Of a stretch of 64,000 nucleotides of DNA, positions 58,226 through 64,000 are shown one piece after another. Where the stretch lies: the NCBI GenBank assembly GCA_937138415.1, contig CAKZPA010000033.1, forward strand, positions 44,606 through 108,605, read 5' to 3'. The translations under genes were made by a program, and so were the position numbers. The notes under the pieces are model-generated. The model saw only the letters and a program-made list of their open reading frames with translations, had not been told where the DNA came from and did no database searches. The stretch is from an uncultured Nitrospiraceae bacterium (GTDB lineage Bacteria; Nitrospirota; Thermodesulfovibrionia; Thermodesulfovibrionales; SM23-35). Position 1 is the stretch's first letter. Every line of letters starts with the position of its first letter.

Positions 58226-58548
58226 CGGAAGAAAGATGAACTGTATCGTCACGGGCATCGTCTCCAAACTCGCGAAAAAAACCGCCCCGCACGTGCAGGA
58301 CATGGTCGCAACCTTCCCATCCCCCAGAGAGGCGTCGCAGCGATTAGATGAGAATCAGACGGACGGTTTTTCGAGGCGAACAACGGGGGACTCGTTGTAT
58401 GGGACGGGGTGATACCATACCGTTACTGCGGCACGGGGAACGGGGTGCATGACACTTGTCATCGTCGAATTTGACCTTATATAATAGGCGAACTTTCAGG
58501 AAAGTTCTGCTAATCATATAATCATAAAAGAAGGAGGACTGAACAGGC

Positions 58549-60519
58549 ATGTCGAAAGAGAGCTTTGATGTACTCATGGCGGAAAAGAGGACATTTCCGC
58601 CGCCGCAGGAATTCAGAGAGAGGGCACATATCAAGAGCACGGTGGAATACGAAACCCTTTACCAGAGGTCTATCGAAGATCCTGACGGGTTCTGGGCGGA
58701 GATGGCGGAAAAACACCTGACATGGTACAAGAAATGGGACAAAGTGTCGGAGTGGGATTTCGAGAAACCGTACATCAAGTGGTTCATCGGTGGGAAACTG
58801 AATGCCTGCTACAATTGCCTCGACAGGTTCATGAAGACCCCGACGCGCAACAAAGCTGCGATCATCTGGGAGTCGGACGATGGGAGTTACAAAACGTTCA
58901 CCTATCAGCAGCTCTATCGCGAGGTCAATCGATTCGCGAACGTGCTCAAAAAATACGGGGTCAAAAAAGGCGATCGGGTGACAATCTACCTGCCCATGAT
59001 TCCCGAACTGCCGATCGCGATGCTCGCGTGTGCCCGTATCGGTGCGATCCACAGCGTCGTCTTCGGCGGTTTCAGTGCCACCGCCTTGAAAGATCGGATA
59101 CAGGACTGCAAGTCGAGCCTCCTGATCACCGCGGACAAAGGTGTGAGGGGAGGACGCTACGTCCCTCTCAAAGCCAATGCCGATCACGCCCTCCAGGAAT
59201 GTCCGACGGTCGAAAAGACCATCGTCGTCAAGCGGGTCGGAAGTGTCGACATGGAGCCGAACAGAGATGTCTGGTGGCACGATGAAATGAACGACCCCGA
59301 CATCTCCGATTACTGCGAGCCGGAACAATTGGACGCCGAAGATCCCCTCTTCATCCTCTACACGTCGGGCTCGACCGGGAAGCCGAAGGGGGTTCTCCAT
59401 ACCGTCGGCGGGTATCTGCTCTACACGAACCTCACGTTCAAGTGGATATTCGATTACCACGAGGAAGATATCCATTTTTGCACGGCGGACATAGGGTGGG
59501 TAACCGGTCATAGCTATATCCTCTATGGTCCGTTGAGCAACGGGGCGACGAGTCTCATGTTCGAAGGGATCCCGACGTATCCCGATCCGAGCAGATTCTG
59601 GAAGATCGTCGATAAATTCGGCGTGAGTATTTTCTACACTGCACCGACAGCCATCAGGGCCCTCATGCGCGAAGGTCCCGAGTGGGTCCATAAACAAGAC
59701 CTCTCGTCCTTGAGGTTGCTCGGGACCGTTGGCGAGCCCATCAACCCCGAGGCATGGGTGTGGTACCACACCCATGTCGGAAAATCGAAGCTCCCCATCG
59801 TCGACACATGGTGGCAGACGGAAACCGGCGGTATCCTCATTACGCCCTTGCCAGGCGCGATGACGCTCAAGCCGGGGTCCGCGTCCAAACCGTTCCCCGG
59901 TGTCGTGCCGCGGGTCCTCAAAGAAGATGGTTCCCCGGCGGGAGTCAATGAGGGCGGGTATCTCGTCATCGAAAGAGCGTGGCCCGGAATCCTCCGCGGC
60001 ACCTACGGCGACCCGGAAAACAAACGAATCAAAGAAGTTTACTTCTCGCGCTTTCCCGGAAAATACTTTACCGGCGACGGGGCGAGGATAGACGAAGACA
60101 ACGACTACTGGCTCATGGGGAGGATCGATGACGTGATCAATGTCTCGGGTCACAGGATCGGGACCGCCGAAGTCGAGTCCGCGCTCGTGAGCCACGAGGC
60201 GGTCGCCGAGGCTGCGACGGTCGGCTATCCTCACGAGATCAAAGGCGAAGGCATCTATGTGTATGTGACGTTAAAGGAAGGATACGAACCGACGCCGGAG
60301 CTGACGAAGATCCTCATCGGCCACGTGCGGCAGGTGATCGGGCCCATCGCGACGCCCGATAAGATACAGTTCACCCCGGGCCTGCCGAAAACGAGGAGCG
60401 GTAAAATCATGAGGAGGATCCTCCGGAAGATAGCGCGCGGAGATACGGAAGACCTCGGCGATACCTCGACGCTCGCTGACCCGTCCGTCGTCAACGAAAT
60501 CCTGAAAGGAAAATTGTAA
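58549..60519 (+). CDS. acs: acetyl-CoA synthetase (AMP-forming)
   Basis: [32 protein letters not shown] and the C-terminal [17 protein letters not shown] motif, which contains the conserved acetylatable Lys. 656 aa. AAGGAGG RBS. Confidence 0.97.
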   Translation: MSKESFDVLMAEKRTFPPPQEFRERAHIKSTVEYETLYQRSIEDPDGFWAEMAEKHLTWYKKWDKVSEWDFEKPYIKWFIGGKLNACYNCLDRFMKTPTRNKAAIIWESDDGSYKTFTYQQLYREVNRFANVLKKYGVKKGDRVTIYLPMIPELPIAMLACARIGAIHSVVFGGFSATALKDRIQDCKSSLLITADKGVRGGRYVPLKANADHALQECPTVEKTIVVKRVGSVDMEPNRDVWWHDEMNDPDISDYCEPEQLDAEDPLFILYTSGSTGKPKGVLHTVGGYLLYTNLTFKWIFDYHEEDIHFCTADIGWVTGHSYILYGPLSNGATSLMFEGIPTYPDPSRFWKIVDKFGVSIFYTAPTAIRALMREGPEWVHKQDLSSLRLLGTVGEPINPEAWVWYHTHVGKSKLPIVDTWWQTETGGILITPLPGAMTLKPGSASKPFPGVVPRVLKEDGSPAGVNEGGYLVIERAWPGILRGTYGDPENKRIKEVYFSRFPGKYFTGDGARIDEDNDYWLMGRIDDVINVSGHRIGTAEVESALVSHEAVAEAATVGYPHEIKGEGIYVYVTLKEGYEPTPELTKILIGHVRQVIGPIATPDKIQFTPGLPKTRSGKIMRRILRKIARGDTEDLGDTSTLADPSVVNEILKGKL

Positions 60520-60550
60520 AAAAAGGCGCGAGGATTCCCTGTCGAACAAG

Positions 60551-60582
60551 AAGGGTAGAGCGACGCTACCCTTTTTGTTTTC
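60551..60582 (+). terminator. rho-independent terminator after acs
   Basis: AAGGGTAG / CTACCCTT stem with loop AGCGACG, followed by TTTTGTTTT. Confidence 0.65.
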
Positions 60583-60673
60583 GTGACGACGCACAGCGCG
60601 CGGCGGAGATCGTTCGTGATTCTATCCGGTCAACGGTTGATGGAATTGCACCATGAGGTAGGGAGAACGGCGA

Positions 60674-63376
60674 ATGTCAGTAAAATATCTTGATTCCTTC
60701 TTCAACCCGCGGCGGATTGCCGTCATCGGTGCCTGTGAAGACAGGAACTCGATCGGTTACGCCGTATTCAAGAACCTTCTCGGCAAAGGCTTCAAAGGCG
60801 CGGTTTACCCCGTGAATCCCCGTGTCGAGGCGGTACAAGGGGTCGAGGCGTATCCCTCGATATCCGATATCCACCGCGACATCGATCTCGCAATTCTCGC
60901 GGTTCAAACCGCGGAATTGCCCCCGGCCCTCGATGAGTGCGGGCGGAAAGGCGTCAAGGGTGTCATAGTCCTCTGCTTTGACTTCAAAAAGAGGGTTGAC
61001 AATGCGCAGGAACTCGAGGCGAAAATCCGCGACGCAGCCGGCAAGTACGGATTCAGGGTCCTTGGACCGGACTCACTCGGCTTCATCAGGCCGGGGATCG
61101 ACCTCAACGCGAGTATCTACCCGCACATACCGCCGAGGGGAAACATCGCGTTCATCGCGCAGAGCACGACCCTCTCATCGGCGCTCCTCGGCTGGGCGGC
61201 GAGCAAGAATATCGGCTTCAGCTACTTCATTTCGGTCGGGACAAAGGTCGACATCAAATTTTCCGACCTCATCGATTTCCTCGGAGTAGATCCGGAAACA
61301 CGCGCTATCATCCTCTACATCGAATCCATCAAGAACGGCCGTAAGTTCATGACCGCCGTGCGGAGCTTCGCGTCCAGCAAACCAATCATGGTCATCAAAT
61401 CGGGGAAATTCGACGTCTCGGCTCATGTGGCACTCACCCACTCGGGGTATATGGCAGGCGAGGACAAGGTATACGATGCCGCCTTCGAGCGGGCGGGAGC
61501 CATCCGCGTCGACGAAACGCTCGACCTCTTCTATCTTGCCGAATCTCTTTCCAAACAGCGCCGTCCCAAGGGGAACCATCTGGCGATCGTCACGAATTCC
61601 GGCGGTCCGGCAATCATCGCGGTGGATACGCTTCTCAAGCTCGGCGGAGAACTCGCCATCCTCAGCAAAGAGACGAGCGAGTCTCTCGCGGCGCACTTTT
61701 CGTACCTGAAGTTTGCGCGGAATCCGGTCGATCTGTTCATAGAAGCATCCCCGCAGGACTATGACGTCGCCGTGAGAGCGTGTTTCAAAGACAAGAATGT
61801 CGATGGCGTCCTCGTCATCCACACGCCCTCGTACATGGGAAATTCGCGGGGTATCGCGCGCGCCGTCGTCGACGCGGCAAAGGCATGCCCGTACAAACCG
61901 GTCTTCACGGTATGGATGGGCGGCGAACAGGTGATAGCGGACAGAGAATTTCTCAGCAACCAGGGAATCCCGACGTTCGTTTCGACCGAGCAATCCGTGA
62001 AGAGCTTCATGTACATGTACCGCTACGACTACAATCTTCGCCTCCTCCTCGAGACACCGGAGGTCATCCTGAAAGACTTCGAGCCGGACGAGGATCGCGC
62101 CGAAGAAGTCGTCAAGAAGGCCGCGGAGGAGAAAAGGCTCCTCCTCAATCTCAACGAAGTGAAGGACGTGCTCCTGTCTTACGGCATTCCGGTGGTTCCG
62201 ACGAAGGTGGTCCAGAGCGCGGAAGAGGCGATCGGGATCGCGGATTTCATTGGTTACCCTGTCGTCCTGAAAATCGATTCGCGCAAGATATTTCACAAAA
62301 CTGAACTTGGCGGCGTCCGTCTGAACCTGAAGGACGCCGATGCGGTCAGGGAAGCGTACCGCCACCTTCAGGAACTGGCTGTCAGAGCGAAAGATCCTCA
62401 AGCCCAGGTCATAATCCAGCCGATGGTCTCCCGAAACGGCTATGAACTGGTGATCGGCGCAAAAAAAGATCCGACATTCGGATCGGTGATCGTCTTCGGT
62501 ACGGGCGGGGCGCTCCTCGACGTCGTCGAAGACTACGCGATCGGTCTGCCGCCCCTGAATCAGACGCTCGCGCGGCGGATGATGAATAAAACGAAGATAT
62601 ACGATCACCTCCGCCGTCAGGTGGATTACGAGAGCACCCTCCGGTACATCGAAGAAGTGTTGGTGCGGTTCTCCCATCTGATCATCCATTTCCCCCACAT
62701 CAAAGAGATCGATATCAATCCGTTCTTCGCGTCGAACGAGGAGAGCTTCGCGCTCGATGCGAACATCCTGCTCGAAGCGGACGTCCTCGAAGGCTTTGTC
62801 CCCGTGAGGGGGGACTTCTGCCCGCCCCACCTCTCGATCTGCCCTTACCCGGATCAGTATATCGACGTCTTCAAGTTGAAAGATGGCCCCGCAGCCGTTT
62901 TGAGGCCCATCCGGCCGGAGGACGAGCCGCTCATGGACGAACTCCTGAAAACGTCGTCCGAGCAGACGCTCATGATGCGGTTTTTCCGGAAGATATCCGA
63001 CATAAGCCATGAGCAACTGACGCGATACTGCCATGTGGATTATGACAGGGAGATGTCGTTCGTCGCGATTATCCGGGACAACGGACGCGATCGAATCATC
63101 GGCGAGGTGCGGATGAGCAAACTGCCCGACCAGGAGAATGCCGAGATGGCGGTGATAGTCGGGGATCCCTGGCAGGGCAAGGGCATCGGTAACGCCCTCT
63201 GTATCCACTGCCTGAAGATCGCAAAGGAACTCGGCTTGAAGAAGATGTGGATGGAAATCCTGAAGGTCAACGCGCGCATGCTCCACAGAGCAGAAAAACT
63301 GGGGTTCACGAGGGTCTCCGCCGACGACGATTCCGTAAAGGTGGTGTTGGAACTCGATGCTTTCAAACTGGCTTGA
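60674..63376 (+). CDS. pat: Pat/YfiQ-type protein acetyltransferase (ADP-forming acyl-CoA synthetase-like domains fused to a C-terminal GNAT)
   Basis: N-terminal CoA-binding FFNPRRIAVIGA, succinyl-CoA-synthetase-like and ATP-grasp regions, and a C-terminal GNAT with the WQGKGIGNAL motif. 900 aa. Confidence 0.88.
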   Translation: MSVKYLDSFFNPRRIAVIGACEDRNSIGYAVFKNLLGKGFKGAVYPVNPRVEAVQGVEAYPSISDIHRDIDLAILAVQTAELPPALDECGRKGVKGVIVLCFDFKKRVDNAQELEAKIRDAAGKYGFRVLGPDSLGFIRPGIDLNASIYPHIPPRGNIAFIAQSTTLSSALLGWAASKNIGFSYFISVGTKVDIKFSDLIDFLGVDPETRAIILYIESIKNGRKFMTAVRSFASSKPIMVIKSGKFDVSAHVALTHSGYMAGEDKVYDAAFERAGAIRVDETLDLFYLAESLSKQRRPKGNHLAIVTNSGGPAIIAVDTLLKLGGELAILSKETSESLAAHFSYLKFARNPVDLFIEASPQDYDVAVRACFKDKNVDGVLVIHTPSYMGNSRGIARAVVDAAKACPYKPVFTVWMGGEQVIADREFLSNQGIPTFVSTEQSVKSFMYMYRYDYNLRLLLETPEVILKDFEPDEDRAEEVVKKAAEEKRLLLNLNEVKDVLLSYGIPVVPTKVVQSAEEAIGIADFIGYPVVLKIDSRKIFHKTELGGVRLNLKDADAVREAYRHLQELAVRAKDPQAQVIIQPMVSRNGYELVIGAKKDPTFGSVIVFGTGGALLDVVEDYAIGLPPLNQTLARRMMNKTKIYDHLRRQVDYESTLRYIEEVLVRFSHLIIHFPHIKEIDINPFFASNEESFALDANILLEADVLEGFVPVRGDFCPPHLSICPYPDQYIDVFKLKDGPAAVLRPIRPEDEPLMDELLKTSSEQTLMMRFFRKISDISHEQLTRYCHVDYDREMSFVAIIRDNGRDRIIGEVRMSKLPDQENAEMAVIVGDPWQGKGIGNALCIHCLKIAKELGLKKMWMEILKVNARMLHRAEKLGFTRVSADDDSVKVVLELDAFKLA

Positions 63377-63461
63377 CAATGCTTTCAAAAGGGATTGAAA
63401 TTTGCGGTTGGTTTCGTTAGAATGGTAGTCCATAAAAATCTCATTCAAAAAGGGAGGGGTT

Positions 63462-64000
63462 ATGAAAGGTTTTCTGAGGGTATCACTGGCATGTTTTCTT
63501 ATCTCTCTGTTGTCGGGCGTCGCGCTTGCGCAAACGCCGGCGGCCGATGTGCAGAGCCAGCTTGACAAACTGATGAAACAAGTGGAGGAGCAGAAAAAAC
63601 AGATCGAGTCGTTGCAGAACACGATCAAAGACATGCATGGCAAGCAAGCCGCACCGACAGCTCCGGCGGCGGCTCCGGAAGTGAAGGTGAGCTCGAAGTA
63701 CAACATCAAGATTTACGGTAGGGTCAAGTTCGACGGTATCTATGACACAAACAATATGGGCAGGGAAGAGTTCATTATGTTCGTTCCACAGAATGCGAAC
63801 GGTGAAGACAAGGCGACATTCAACGTCCGCGATACCCGGTTCGGAGTCGCAATCACCGGCGCTTCCCTCGGTGGGTGGACACCGAGCGGCCGCTTCGAGA
63901 CAGACTTTTATGGATCGGATGCTGCCAGCAACGGACAATTGAGGATCCGTCTTGCGTACATTGATATGGAGAAAGAAGGAACTCTTATCAGAATCGGCCA
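63462..64000 (+). CDS. outer-membrane porin with N-terminal coiled coil (DcaP-like), 5' part, runs off the right edge
   Basis: GGGAGGGG RBS. My translation reads MKGFLRVSLACFLISLLSGVALA-QTPAADVQSQLDKLMKQVEEQKKQIESLQNTIKDMH..., followed by beta-strand-like alternation (YNIKIYGRVKFDGIYD, RFGVAITG, GRFETDFYG). The frame is open to position 64000, so it is absent from the track. Confidence 0.6.
   Translation, partial: MKGFLRVSLACFLISLLSGVALAQTPAADVQSQLDKLMKQVEEQKKQIESLQNTIKDMHGKQAAPTAPAAAPEVKVSSKYNIKIYGRVKFDGIYDTNNMGREEFIMFVPQNANGEDKATFNVRDTRFGVAITGASLGGWTPSGRFETDFYGSDAASNGQLRIRLAYIDMEKEGTLIRIG

Noticed and set aside
58449-58462. The palindrome ATGACA-CT-TGTCAT about 90 nt upstream of acs, considered as a possible operator
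   Set aside because: A 6-2-6 inverted repeat is expected by chance many times in 64 kb. No second copy was noticed upstream of the other acetate-cluster genes, and it matches no consensus I know.
61175-63709. An 844-aa minus-strand ORF antisense to the Pat-type acetyltransferase gene and extending into the porin gene
   Set aside because: It lies opposite a well-supported gene. The translation is Arg/Asp/Glu/His/Phe-rich with no recognisable domain, and I see no RBS. It is typical of shadow ORFs, which arise when sense-strand codon bias depletes TTA/CTA/TCA.

Overview
A 64-kb chromosomal segment, moderately GC-rich by eye. It comes from a diderm bacterium (LolA, Lgt, LspA and a porin are present) that is probably anaerobic or microaerophilic, judging by a 13-haem cytochrome c, a RACo-like activase, a PPi-type PFK signature, citramalate synthase and a short-form ThiC. 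Coding is dense and almost entirely core housekeeping. I found no transposase, integrase, phage gene, CRISPR array or rRNA. Left to right: lysS (partial); a disrupted MthK-like K+ channel; comEC-glmM-cdaR-cdaA (c-di-AMP operon, minus strand); initiator tRNA-fMet; xseAB; TPP riboswitch-thiC-thiD; radA; a lipoprotein; an ExeA-like ATPase plus TPR protein; rnr; mazG. A roughly 900-nt gene-poor stretch follows, with a small Cys-rich ORF. Next come a cytochrome b / 13-haem cytochrome c pair; a rhomboid protease; CIRCE-groES-groEL; mltG; ispG; cimA-ask; a RACo-like protein; panC; an EF-G paralogue; ileS-lspA; a radical-SAM DNA-repair-type protein; lgt; a di-haem peroxidase; tsaD; lolA; a lipoate ligase; ilvE-like; and pfp. 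The most unusual part is a 13-kb single-strand acetate cluster (50.8-64 kb). In it, two paralogous pairs of a cNMP-CBS-DUF294 nucleotidyltransferase and a DEDDh exonuclease sit directly before yjcH-actP and directly before acs, a Pat-type acetyltransferase and a DcaP-like porin. The many long antisense ORFs in the track are judged to be shadow ORFs.
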